DNA of 64,000 nt from Gemmatimonadales bacterium (GCA_050183815.1 JBFXAY010000004.1:976-64975), one strand, 5' to 3'. Counted from the first letter of the stretch, positions 9,141-18,181 are shown. Program-made: numbers and translations. The notes: generated from the sequence alone by a model not told the origin.

Positions 9141-9512
9141 ATGATTTGGTTCGTCGCCTTGGGCGGGGCCCTGGGAAGCGTTGCGCGCTACCTGCTCGGC
9201 ACCGTCTTCGAGGCGCGATCGACCGCTCCCTTCCCGACCGGCACCCTGGTCATCAACGTCACCGGCTCGCTGCTGCTCGGACTCGTCGTCGGCTTCTCGC
9301 TGGCGGGGCCGGGGCTCACCCGTGAGGCGCGGGCGCTGCTCGCGACGGGGCTCTGCGGCGGGTATACGACCTTCTCGACGTTCAGTCTCGACGTGATCCG
9401 GCTGCTGGAAGTCGGCGACTACCGGCGGGCCGCGGTCTACGCGGTGCTGAGTCTGGTGCTGTCGCTGGCGGCCACGGGGGCCGGACTCGCCATCATGAAA
9501 CAGGTCCGCTGA
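9141..9512 (+). CDS. crcB: Fluoride ion channel CrcB/FluC
   Basis: 123 aa, four TM segments. Family motifs GGALGSVARY, GTLVINVTGSLLLG and GLCGGYTTFSTFS. Confidence 0.9.
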   Translation: MIWFVALGGALGSVARYLLGTVFEARSTAPFPTGTLVINVTGSLLLGLVVGFSLAGPGLTREARALLATGLCGGYTTFSTFSLDVIRLLEVGDYRRAAVYAVLSLVLSLAATGAGLAIMKQVR

Positions 9513-9570
9513 AGCCTTTCAAGCGCCCGTGGACGGCGGCAGAAGGCCGGTGTGCCGGTTCGAGCGTCCC

Positions 9571-10869
9571 CTAACGGTTGGCCGCCCGGTAGCGCTCCAG
9601 CAGCTCCCGAACCCGGTCCAGCGGCAGGGCCTCTACGGTGGCCGACCGGCTCCGGACCGTGGTCGCCTGGAACAGCGAGTTGTAGATCGCTTCCTCGGTC
9701 GCTTCGACCACGCCCTCGAACAGCCCTGACATCTCGCCGTTCTCGACCTCGCGCCGCGCCGTCCGGATCGAGTCGGTCGGGTTGAGCGGCCGGCGGACGG
9801 CCGGGTGAGTGGAGAAGGCGATCACGTAGTCGCCCGACCCGTTCCCCATGAAGCCGCCGGTGCGCCCCATGCCGAGAAGGGCCCGGCTCGCGAGCCGGCG
9901 GAGGTTCCGGTCGTCGATCGGTGCGTCGGTCGCCACCACCATCATGATCGAACCCCCGCCCTGATCCGAGCGGACGTCGCGCTGGAACGAGTATCGGCCC
10001 AGCTCGCGGCCGACCGGAACGCCGAGGATCTGGAGAATCCCGCCGAAGTTCGTCTGCACCAGCACGCCCACCGTCCAGCCGCCGGCACTCGCCGGCAGGA
10101 CCCGCGACGAGGTGCCGATCCCGCCCTTCCAGCCGAACGCCGCCGTGCCGGTGCCCGCGCCGACCGTGCCTTCCGCCACCGGTCCGCTCGCGGCGGATTC
10201 GAGGGCGTGGCGCACCTGGGTCGGCGTGATCGGCCGCTGGCGGATGGCGTTGAGGCCGCCGTCGTTGGTTTCGCCCACGACCGGGTTGATCGAGCGGACC
10301 TCGCCCATGCCCGGCTGTTCGAGCAGCCACCCGACCATCGCGTCCGCGGCGCGCCAGACGCAGAGGGTGCAGGTGAGGAGGATCGGGGTTTCGAGTTCGC
10401 CCAGTTCGCCGACCTGGGTGACGCCGACGAGTTTGCCGTAGCCGTTGCCGACAACCATCGCGGCGGGGACGCGGTCGAAGAAGACGTTGCCGGGATGGGG
10501 AAGAATCGCGGTGACGCCGGTGCGGACCGAGTCGCCCTCGATCACGGTCGTCTGGCCGACCCGGACGCCGGCGACATCGGTGATCGCGTTGTTGGCGCCC
10601 GGGCGGAAGATGCCCGGCGCGACACCGAGGTCCCGGGCGCGGGCCCGTTGCTCCTGCGCTTCGAGAGGAGCGGGCCGACCGACGAGCATCGAGACGATAC
10701 CGCGGCTGAACCGCTCCCCGTGCGATACCGGGCCGGCCGGATCGAGTTCGAACGGTCCGGGCTGGACGGCTACTGCGAACAGGAGGGCCAGGAGCCGAAG
10801 GCACGGCGACGACCGGGGCCGTTCAGGCGGTCTCGGCTGGATGGCGACGGGGGTCATCACGAGGGGCAT
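9571..10869 (-). CDS. Exported P1/S58 family peptidase (DmpA-like L-aminopeptidase/D-esterase)
   Basis: GVRVGQTTVIEGDSVRTGVTAILPH and GAGTGTAAFGWKGGIGTSS (self-processing Ntn site region). Start placed at the internal Met preceding a signal-like LRLLALLFAVAV. The tracked ORF extends to 11001. Confidence 0.8.
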   Translation of the reverse strand: MPLVMTPVAIQPRPPERPRSSPCLRLLALLFAVAVQPGPFELDPAGPVSHGERFSRGIVSMLVGRPAPLEAQEQRARARDLGVAPGIFRPGANNAITDVAGVRVGQTTVIEGDSVRTGVTAILPHPGNVFFDRVPAAMVVGNGYGKLVGVTQVGELGELETPILLTCTLCVWRAADAMVGWLLEQPGMGEVRSINPVVGETNDGGLNAIRQRPITPTQVRHALESAASGPVAEGTVGAGTGTAAFGWKGGIGTSSRVLPASAGGWTVGVLVQTNFGGILQILGVPVGRELGRYSFQRDVRSDQGGGSIMMVVATDAPIDDRNLRRLASRALLGMGRTGGFMGNGSGDYVIAFSTHPAVRRPLNPTDSIRTARREVENGEMSGLFEGVVEATEEAIYNSLFQATTVRSRSATVEALPLDRVRELLERYRAANR

Positions 10870-11136
10870 CGGACGGGCTCCGGCGGCAGGGTTCCCGTTG
10901 GACCGGGGCAACATTCGGTTGTGGCGCCGCTCACATTTTCGCAGCGTTCCAGGGCGACCTCCGATCACGCTCCTGCAGCGCACAGCCTTGAAAAACAACA
11001 ACTTGCGAAAGGCGGCGGCGCTCGCGGAGGACCGGCATACCGCTTGCTTTTCCAGGTGGTGAGCGCCGGTGCGAACCGGTACTCATCCTTCCCGGTTCGG
11101 CCTGTCTCCCCCCAGGTCCGAGCCATTTCCCCAGGC

Positions 11137-11176
11137 GAAGCGTCGGATCTCCCCAGATCCGGCGCTTCGTCCTTTT
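11137..11176 (+). terminator. Terminator-like hairpin oriented for the plus strand (orphan)
   Basis: GAAGCGTCGGATCT-cccc-AGATCCGGCGCTTC is a 14-bp stem. The single imperfect pair is a G-U wobble only on the plus-strand RNA. It is followed by GTCCTTTT. No annotated plus-strand gene lies upstream. Confidence 0.4.
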
Positions 11177-12153
11177 CAGGGGCGGAGGACGATCTTCCCG
11201 TAGGCGCCCTGGTTCATCACCTCATCGTGCGCCCGCGGGGCCTCGTCGAACGACCATTCCTGCCGGATCACCGGCACCAGCACGCCCTGCTCCAGCCCCT
11301 GCACCAGTTCGGCGTAGACCGGGGCGAGATCGTCCATCGTCGCATTCCACATCGAGAGGCCGAGGATCGCCCCGTTGCCCCGCATGGTCTTCCGGGGATC
11401 GATCTCCACCCGGCCCCGGCTTCCGATCACCACGATGCGGCCGCGGGGCGCCAGCATGTCGAGATCGTGATCGAGGTTCACGTTGGCGAGCATCTCGAGG
11501 ATCACGTCGGGCCCGCGGCCATTGCTCGCGGCCGCCTTGATCTGATCGTAGTAGAGCGCCTCGCGGTGGCTCACCGCGAAGTGGGCGCCGTTCGCCTTCA
11601 CGAGATCGAGACCCTCGGGGCTGCCCGCCGTGCCGATGACCTTGAGGTCCTTCCACCGGGCGAGCTGCAGGGCCGCGATGCCGACGCCCCCGCTGGCGCC
11701 GTGCACCAGAACGATTTCGCCCGGCCGGGCCGCGGCTCGGTGGAACAGGGCCAGATGCGCCGTGGCGTAGGGGATGCCTAACGCCGCGCCTTCGGCGAAA
11801 CCGGTGTTCGCCGGCAGGCGGAAGACGTGCTCCGCCGCGCAGAGGGCGTACTCCGCGTAGGCGCCGGCCGGGCGGCCCAGCGCGGTGCCGTGGAAGAACA
11901 CCCGGTCGCCCTGCTTCCAGGTCGTCACCCCCGATCCGACGGCGGAGATCGTGCCGGCCCCATCCGAGCCCGGGATGTAGGGGAGCGTGGGCAACATCGC
12001 GTAGCGCCCGCTCCGGATGTAGGTATCCACCGGGTTGACGCCGGCGGCCTCGACCTTGACGACGACCTCTCCGGGCCCCGGTTCGGGCGTCGGCACCTCC
12101 TGAACCACGAGCATGGCCGGATCGCCGAACTGATTCACTACGACGGCACGCAT
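11176..12153 (-). CDS. NADPH:quinone oxidoreductase (zeta-crystallin-type medium-chain dehydrogenase/reductase)
   Basis: Start at the internal ATG 12153 (MRAVVVNQFGDPAMLVVQEVPTPEPGPGEVVVKVEAAGVNPVDTY). Nucleotide-binding GASGGVGIAALQLA. 325 aa. The upstream part of the tracked 572-aa ORF is a shadow over the bicupin gene. Confidence 0.85.
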   Translation of the reverse strand: MRAVVVNQFGDPAMLVVQEVPTPEPGPGEVVVKVEAAGVNPVDTYIRSGRYAMLPTLPYIPGSDGAGTISAVGSGVTTWKQGDRVFFHGTALGRPAGAYAEYALCAAEHVFRLPANTGFAEGAALGIPYATAHLALFHRAAARPGEIVLVHGASGGVGIAALQLARWKDLKVIGTAGSPEGLDLVKANGAHFAVSHREALYYDQIKAAASNGRGPDVILEMLANVNLDHDLDMLAPRGRIVVIGSRGRVEIDPRKTMRGNGAILGLSMWNATMDDLAPVYAELVQGLEQGVLVPVIRQEWSFDEAPRAHDEVMNQGAYGKIVLRP

Positions 12154-12155
12154 GG

Positions 12156-12923
12156 CTACCGCTTTCCTTGGCGGAGGTAGGCGTCGTTCTTTTCGAGCCA
12201 GTCGTCCCGCCGGGGGCTGAACATGTCGGTGACCACGGTGTCCTCGACCGCGGTGGCCTGATGGGGCACCATCGCCGGGATCCGGAGCACCGAGCCGGCC
12301 GGCACCTCGAAGGTTTCGGACCCGACCTCGAGGCGGAGGTGGCCGGAGCGAACCCAGGTCAGCTGCTCTGCCGGGTGCTGGTGCGTCGGCACCACGACGC
12401 CCTTGGCGAGGCGGAGATCCGCCAGGGTGGCCCGTTCGCCGGTGGCGAAGATCCGTTCGATCCCGTCGGTGATCCGCTCGGTCGTCACGTCGGCCCAGCG
12501 GTAGAGCGTGGCCGGGTTGGCGCCCGTGGCCGCTTTCTCGTAGCCGGCCGGCTGGGTGGGCGGCGCGTTGAAGTACGAGTCGGTCCGCGCGAGCCAGTCG
12601 TGCCGGATCGGGCTGAAGACGTCCATTTCGTAGGTATCCTCGAGGGCCACCGCCTCGTGGGGCACCTTCGAGGGAATCACCAGCAGCTGCCCGGGTCCCA
12701 CCACGATCGTCTCGCCGCCGATGATGAACTTGAGGGCGCCCGAGAAGGTGAAGGAGAGCTGCTCCGCCTCGTGGGAGTGGAGCGGGACCACGGTGCCCTT
12801 CTCGAGCCAGACGTGGGCCGCCATCACGTGCTCCCCGGTGATGATCTTGCGGCCCAGCTGGGCGGTCACGGCTTCTTTGGGGAGGTCGTCCCACCGGAAG
12901 AGGCGGGGGGTGCCGAGGTCCAT
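12156..12923 (-). CDS. Bicupin (two cupin domains) protein
   Basis: Two repeated cupin cores (GTVVPLHSHEAEQLSFTFSG ... VPHEAVAL and GVVVPTHQHPAEQLTWVRSG ... VPHQATAV). Start at the internal ATG 12923 (MDLGTPRLF). Confidence 0.7.
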   Translation of the reverse strand: MDLGTPRLFRWDDLPKEAVTAQLGRKIITGEHVMAAHVWLEKGTVVPLHSHEAEQLSFTFSGALKFIIGGETIVVGPGQLLVIPSKVPHEAVALEDTYEMDVFSPIRHDWLARTDSYFNAPPTQPAGYEKAATGANPATLYRWADVTTERITDGIERIFATGERATLADLRLAKGVVVPTHQHPAEQLTWVRSGHLRLEVGSETFEVPAGSVLRIPAMVPHQATAVEDTVVTDMFSPRRDDWLEKNDAYLRQGKR

Positions 12924-13092
12924 GGCGGTCGTCTTGATGAGGGTGAGGGTCTGTCGGGGATAGTATCTACCGGCGCGGTCCCGGCGCAAACCCCTTGCGG
13001 CGGTGGAGCCCGGCTGGGAACGCCCCGTCGGCGTGAGCCCGGAGGCCCGCCGCCGTCGCGTCTCTGAACGGCTTCCCTTCCGAGACCAATTG

Positions 13093-15567
13093 ATGCGCCG
13101 GAACTACACCCTGGCCTGCCTTGTCGTCCTTGCCGCCGTTCAGGTCGGGTGCGGTGGCGGCGACGCCGCCATTGCTCCCAATCCGCCTGCACCGCCTCCA
13201 GTGCTGCCGCCACCGCCACCACCGCCCCCGCCGAGTCCCGTGGAGGTCGTGCTCGAGGCGCCGCTGGGGCCCGGGGGCGGTACCCTCAAGGTCGCCAAGG
13301 CAGGGAGCCCCCTCTCCGGGCTCACGATCACCGTGCCTGGCGGCGCGTACCCGGGCACCTCGCAGTGGTCCGTCAGCGAGATGAAGGAGGTCCGGCCGAC
13401 CCTTCCGCCCAAGACCAGGCAGGTCGGCGCAACCATCCGGATCCGGAACGGCCTCGGATTCGCCGCCACGCCGTTCCGGGTGGCCATTCCGGTCCGGATC
13501 GGGAGAGACTCCGCCGTCGCCGCCTTCTTCCGGGATCCAGGTACGGGAACCTTGGAGCTGATCCCGGCGGCAGCCCGGACGGACAGCGCTCTGGTCGTCG
13601 TGACGCAGCACGTCTCGGCCGCCCAGATGGTCGTCCCCGAAGGCATCGGTGCCGCACTCCGTACGGCGGCCGCGGCTGATGAACCTCCGGCGGGCGAGGT
13701 GGAGATCGTGCTGGTCGGCGCAGCGCTTGCCGACCTTCAGGTCCTGATTCGAACGTCCTTCGTGCCGGGCGTGGACGACTGGGACTTCGTCAACCGCGGC
13801 TCGGTTCTCGCCCCGGGCGGATACTGTGCCGGGTCGACGCTGTCCGCCCTGCACCACCATTACACCCGGAAGGCTGCCCACGGCGCGCTCAACGGCCGCT
13901 ACGACGAAGTCGGCACCCTGGACCAGGACAACCCCGAGGGGATCCGCCTCGCGTCCATGGTCCAGGTGACCGGCGACTGGGCCGGCAACGCTCCCCGAAT
14001 CCGTCTTCAGATCATCCAGGAAGCGTTGGCGGAACTTCGGCAATCCGTCGGCGGCCCCGACTGGGTCGTGACCCAGGCGGCAACCCTGGCGCTCGCCATG
14101 TTGACGACCGGCCGGGCCCAGGCCCTGGGCATCTACGATCCGAACTGGGAGAACGGTCACTCGATCGTCGCCCAGGCGATCGAACCCAACGGAACCGGCG
14201 GCCGGATCTACGTGTCCGATCCCAACGTCCCCGGCGAGGAACGGGTCATCGAATTCAGCAGCGACGCCGTGACTCCGTTTCTGTTCGCTGCGAACGCCGA
14301 GCGCTCGCCGGAGCCGTACTCGCACCTGGTGGTGATGGGAGTGAGCGCTCTGGTCGACTTCAGCCGGTTCGAGTCGTTCTGGGCCCAGCTCGAGGCCAAG
14401 ACGATCGGCGACGACCGGTTCCACCCGGTGACGTTCGAGTATCGGGACCCCGCGGATACGGTGTGGCGCCCCGTCGCCGGGCCGATCAAGACCGGGAGCG
14501 GCAAGGTCACGTTCCGGACGCTCTGCCCCGGCTGCGTAGTGGGCCGGGGCCCGGCCAGCGAGAACATCGACCGGGCCTTCACCGGCGTGTACCGCATCGA
14601 CGGGGCCTATGTGGGGGATGACCGGGACGACACGGTTCCGGGCACGGATGTCAGCCTCACCCTCGGGGCCCATCGGCTCGGCGTCAGCCATCGGGTCAGC
14701 CATGACGACCCGGCGATCAAGGAGTGGCTCTTCTCCCACTTCTCGATGGCCGACGTGGAACGAGTTCCGTTCCGGATCCAACGGGACCGTTTCCAGGCCA
14801 TCATCGGCCAGGAGATCACGTTCTCGGCCCTGAACGAGGGGCTCGGTGGTCCCGACTCGAAGTACCGCTTCGTACTGGACGCGGACACGGTCGAAACCCC
14901 GTTTGCGAGCCCGCGGGCGGTGCACCGGTTCCTGACCAAGGGCGGCCACCTCGCCAAGCTCGAGCTGCTCGAACCGAATGGCCGACGACTCGCTGTGGAC
15001 TCGTTGTCGCTCGGAATCAGCGAGGGGTACCACTGGCGAATGGAATGCGTGGACCTCGACTCGGACGCGCCGAGCGGCAGCTTCACCGGGGCCCAGGCCG
15101 GCGCCTACCAGCGCTGGGTGGGGAACCTCGAGAGGGTCGCCGCCACGCCGACCGACGGCTTTCTGTCGCTCCTGACGCCGAACACCGCGCGCCAGTTCGG
15201 CTCCTTCTTCGTGGTCACCGCGGCCGGGCAGGGGGCCACCGCCAGGGCGCTGCCGCTCTTCCCCGCCGACTCGACGCATTCGCCCAAGCTCGAAGCCCGG
15301 GTCTACATCGGGTCCGCCTTCGAAACGCCGGGCGGCCGTCCCGGTTTCTCGCTGACCTACGGCGGCGCCGTTCGCGACAACATCTACGGGGCCGAGATGA
15401 TCACTCGGCTCGAATTCGCCGTCAGCGGGCAAGGCTGGGGCCGAGGCACCTTGAGAGCATCGGTGTCGGGTACGTCACCCGAGGCGACGATCCGTTTCTA
15501 CGCCCGGAAGATCTGGGAGCCGAATCCGGCGCCCGCACCGCCGTGTACCTTCGGGAGCGACTGGTAG
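13093..15567 (+). CDS. Large lipoprotein of unknown function with a poly-proline tether and a predicted papain/C39-like Cys-His-Asp signature
   Basis: Start at the internal ATG 13093 (MRRNYTLACLVVLAAVQVGCGG, lipobox VGC), followed by PPAPPPVLPPPPPPPPPSP. Central GGYCAGSTLSALHHHY (Cys codon 13825-13827), ENGHSIVAQAI (His 14158-14160) and RIYVSDPN (Asp 14218-14220) resemble the catalytic motifs of C39-like cysteine peptidases. Very high GC3. Confidence 0.7.
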   Translation: MRRNYTLACLVVLAAVQVGCGGGDAAIAPNPPAPPPVLPPPPPPPPPSPVEVVLEAPLGPGGGTLKVAKAGSPLSGLTITVPGGAYPGTSQWSVSEMKEVRPTLPPKTRQVGATIRIRNGLGFAATPFRVAIPVRIGRDSAVAAFFRDPGTGTLELIPAAARTDSALVVVTQHVSAAQMVVPEGIGAALRTAAAADEPPAGEVEIVLVGAALADLQVLIRTSFVPGVDDWDFVNRGSVLAPGGYCAGSTLSALHHHYTRKAAHGALNGRYDEVGTLDQDNPEGIRLASMVQVTGDWAGNAPRIRLQIIQEALAELRQSVGGPDWVVTQAATLALAMLTTGRAQALGIYDPNWENGHSIVAQAIEPNGTGGRIYVSDPNVPGEERVIEFSSDAVTPFLFAANAERSPEPYSHLVVMGVSALVDFSRFESFWAQLEAKTIGDDRFHPVTFEYRDPADTVWRPVAGPIKTGSGKVTFRTLCPGCVVGRGPASENIDRAFTGVYRIDGAYVGDDRDDTVPGTDVSLTLGAHRLGVSHRVSHDDPAIKEWLFSHFSMADVERVPFRIQRDRFQAIIGQEITFSALNEGLGGPDSKYRFVLDADTVETPFASPRAVHRFLTKGGHLAKLELLEPNGRRLAVDSLSLGISEGYHWRMECVDLDSDAPSGSFTGAQAGAYQRWVGNLERVAATPTDGFLSLLTPNTARQFGSFFVVTAAGQGATARALPLFPADSTHSPKLEARVYIGSAFETPGGRPGFSLTYGGAVRDNIYGAEMITRLEFAVSGQGWGRGTLRASVSGTSPEATIRFYARKIWEPNPAPAPPCTFGSDW

Positions 15568-15649
15568 CTCGGCCGCCGCGCCTGCGTCGGCCCGGCTTCC
15601 GGCCGACTGCGTCGTTGGCGGGGGTCGGGCCAGCGGCGTAACTTGAGCC

Positions 15650-16609
15650 ATGCTTGCACTCGAACTTGCCGATTTCCGCGCCGCCAGGTCCCGCATCGCA
15701 CCCCACATCCATCACACCCCGCTGCTCGGCAGCCGCCAGCTTTCGGCGGCCACCGGGTACGACGTGCGACTCAAGGCGGAACTCTTCCAACGGGTCGGTT
15801 CCTACAAGATCCGCGGCCCGCTCAACAAGTTCACCTTCCTGACCGAGGAGGAGAAACGCCGCGGCGTCGTCTGCTCCTCGGCCGGCAACCACGCCCAAGG
15901 CGTGGCACTCGCGGCCCAGGTGCACGGGATCCGGGCCGTGGTCTGCATGGCGGAGAACGCCACGCCGGCCAAGATCGCCGCGACGAGAGGATACGGGGCG
16001 GAGGTCGTCCTTCACGGGCAGATCTGGGACGAGGCGAACGAGAAGGCGCTCGAACTGGTGCGGACCGAGGGGCTCACCTACATCAGCCCGTTCGACGACG
16101 ACAAGTTGATCGCCGGTCAGGGCACGCTGGGACTCGAGGTGGTGATGGACTGGCCGGAGATCGACGCCATCGTGGTGCCGATCGGCGGCGGCGGGCTGAT
16201 TTCGGGCGTGTCGATGGCGGTGAAGAGCCACAATCCGAAGATCCGGGTCATCGGGGTCGAGTCGTCCGACGGGCCGGCGATGAAGACGAGTCTCGAAGCG
16301 GGCAAGGTCGTCACCATCGACTGCAAGACCGTCATTGACGGGCTGCGGGTGCGCACCGTCGGACAGCACACGTTTTCGGTCTGCCAGCGCTACGTGGACG
16401 AGGTGGTGGCGCTGCCGGACCGCCAGATTTTCGATGCGATGCTCTGGGTCATGGAGCGGTGCAAGCTGATGATCGAGGGCGCGGCCGCGGCACCGGTGGC
16501 GGCGATGCTCAATGGGCTCATCACGCTGCCGGCAGGGTCGAAGGTGGTGGGGGTGTTGAGCGGAGGAAATCTCAACCTCGATCAACTGCGGGGCCTGACC
16601 TGGAACTGA
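15650..16609 (+). CDS. PLP-dependent threonine/serine ammonia-lyase (short, catabolic-type dehydratase)
   Basis: 319 aa. PLP-lysine motif GSYKIRGP, plus SSAGNHAQGVALAA and GGGGLISG. No C-terminal ACT regulatory domains. Confidence 0.85.
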   Translation: MLALELADFRAARSRIAPHIHHTPLLGSRQLSAATGYDVRLKAELFQRVGSYKIRGPLNKFTFLTEEEKRRGVVCSSAGNHAQGVALAAQVHGIRAVVCMAENATPAKIAATRGYGAEVVLHGQIWDEANEKALELVRTEGLTYISPFDDDKLIAGQGTLGLEVVMDWPEIDAIVVPIGGGGLISGVSMAVKSHNPKIRVIGVESSDGPAMKTSLEAGKVVTIDCKTVIDGLRVRTVGQHTFSVCQRYVDEVVALPDRQIFDAMLWVMERCKLMIEGAAAAPVAAMLNGLITLPAGSKVVGVLSGGNLNLDQLRGLTWN

Positions 16610-16660
16610 CGCCGCAGCGGGTGTCCGCTGACGCGCCATTGTCTGTAACTGAGGTGCCCG

Positions 16661-18022
16661 ATGACTGAGCCGCCTTCGAACAGGCGCAGCCGCCGCGAGT
16701 TCCTGGCCGCGAGCGCGTTTGCCGCAAGCGCGCTGACCGTTCAGCCGGACCTGCTCCGCCGCCTCAGCCGCACCGACGACCGGCCGATGCTGACCTTGGC
16801 CCTTCGCGCCGCGCGGTGGATCGAAAAGAGCACCCACCGCGAAGGCGCCGGCCTCCGCTGGCCCGCCGACCCTCGTCGCCCCGAAAGCGTCGACTTCGAC
16901 TTCTACAACGGGATGCCGGGCGTGGTGCTGTTTTTCGCCCTCCTCCACGACGCCACCGGCGACCCGCACTGGCTCGAACTCGCTCGCGGGGGCGGAGACA
17001 GCCTGATCGCCGCCCTGGACGGCGGTACACTCGACGCCGGCCTCTACATCGGCCTGGCCGGTATCGGGTACACGCTCGACACCCTCGCCGCGGTCGGCGC
17101 CAAGGGCCCGTACCGCGAGGGGGCCGACCGCGCCTGGCGCGAGATCGTCCGGCGCCAGAACCTCGCCGGGCTCTGGGGCGAGTCCTACGACATCATCAGC
17201 GGCGGTGCCGGCACCGCGCTCGGCCTGCTGGCAGCCGCGAAGACTCGAAGGGATCCGACTCTCGTGGCGGCGGCCACCCGCGCCGGCGCGGCACTGCTCG
17301 CCGCAGGCGAGACGGATCACGGCGGCCTGATGTGGTTCCCGGCCGGCAACTTCCGGCGGAACTACCCGAACTTCTCGCACGGTACCGCCGGCGTCGGGTA
17401 CACCCTCGCCACCCTGCATCAAGTGACCGGCGAGGACCGGTTCCTCCAGGGTGCCCTGGCAGCCGCCCGATATCTCGACGGGGTAGCCACCCGGGCAAAC
17501 GGCACCGCAAAGATCTTTCACCAGAGCGGCGGCGGAGAGGAACGGTTCTACCTCAGCTGGTGCCACGGGCCGGTCGGCACCTCCCGGCTGTTCTATCGGC
17601 TTCACCAGATCACCCGCGAGAAGCAGTGGGCGGACTGGGTGGATTCGCTGGCAGGCGCGGTGTTCGCCAGCGGGATTCCGGAACAGCGGACGCCGGGGTT
17701 CTGGAGCAACATCAGCCAGTGCTGCGGGAACGTCGGGGTCGGCCAGTTCTGCATCGATCTGGCCCGTTACCGACCGAGCGCCGGCCTGGCGGCGTTTCAG
17801 CAACGCGTGGTGACGGACACAATGCGCCGCGCGACCGACGACTCGAACGGGCTGCGCTGGATTCAGGCGGAGAACCGGACCCAGCCTGACAACCTGATGG
17901 CGCAGACCGGGTTCATGCAGGGGGCCGCGGGCGTGGGAACCTTCCTCCTCCAGGCCGATGCGCTCGCCCGGAACCAGAGCTGGGGCCTGAGCCAACCGGA
18001 TACGCCGTTCCACCGCGGCTGA
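16661..18022 (+). CDS. LanC-like (lanthionine synthetase C family) protein with a twin-arginine export signal
   Basis: N-terminal SNRRSRREFLAASAFAASA matches the Tat S-R-R-x-F-L consensus. LanC-type motifs NFSHGTAGVGY, SWCHGPVG (Cys 17561-17563) and SQCCGNVG (17720-17725, Cys-Cys where canonical LanC has Cys-His). Repeated GxxG alpha-toroid pattern. Confidence 0.75.
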   Translation: MTEPPSNRRSRREFLAASAFAASALTVQPDLLRRLSRTDDRPMLTLALRAARWIEKSTHREGAGLRWPADPRRPESVDFDFYNGMPGVVLFFALLHDATGDPHWLELARGGGDSLIAALDGGTLDAGLYIGLAGIGYTLDTLAAVGAKGPYREGADRAWREIVRRQNLAGLWGESYDIISGGAGTALGLLAAAKTRRDPTLVAAATRAGAALLAAGETDHGGLMWFPAGNFRRNYPNFSHGTAGVGYTLATLHQVTGEDRFLQGALAAARYLDGVATRANGTAKIFHQSGGGEERFYLSWCHGPVGTSRLFYRLHQITREKQWADWVDSLAGAVFASGIPEQRTPGFWSNISQCCGNVGVGQFCIDLARYRPSAGLAAFQQRVVTDTMRRATDDSNGLRWIQAENRTQPDNLMAQTGFMQGAAGVGTFLLQADALARNQSWGLSQPDTPFHRG

Positions 18023-18181
18023 GCGGTCTCGAGTGCACAAATGGCGTTCTCTGCCCGGAACAGGGCCGCGGTCACATTGGCGTGACTCGCAAGACCACGA
18101 CTCGCGGAGCCTCGCCGTTCCTCTTCCCTCACGCCGAGCACGGTTTCCGGCCCGACGGCGACAAGTCGAACCCCCCTCGGG

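Noticed and set aside
13093-18022. Calling the LanC-like region a bona fide lanthipeptide biosynthetic gene cluster
   Set aside because: There is no LanB/LanM/LanKC/LanL dehydratase, no LanT transporter, and no credible precursor peptide. The only small ORF after the LanC-like gene, ATG 18041, has 14 codons and no Cys/Ser/Thr pattern. The region is kept only as a hypothesis about a non-canonical exported system.
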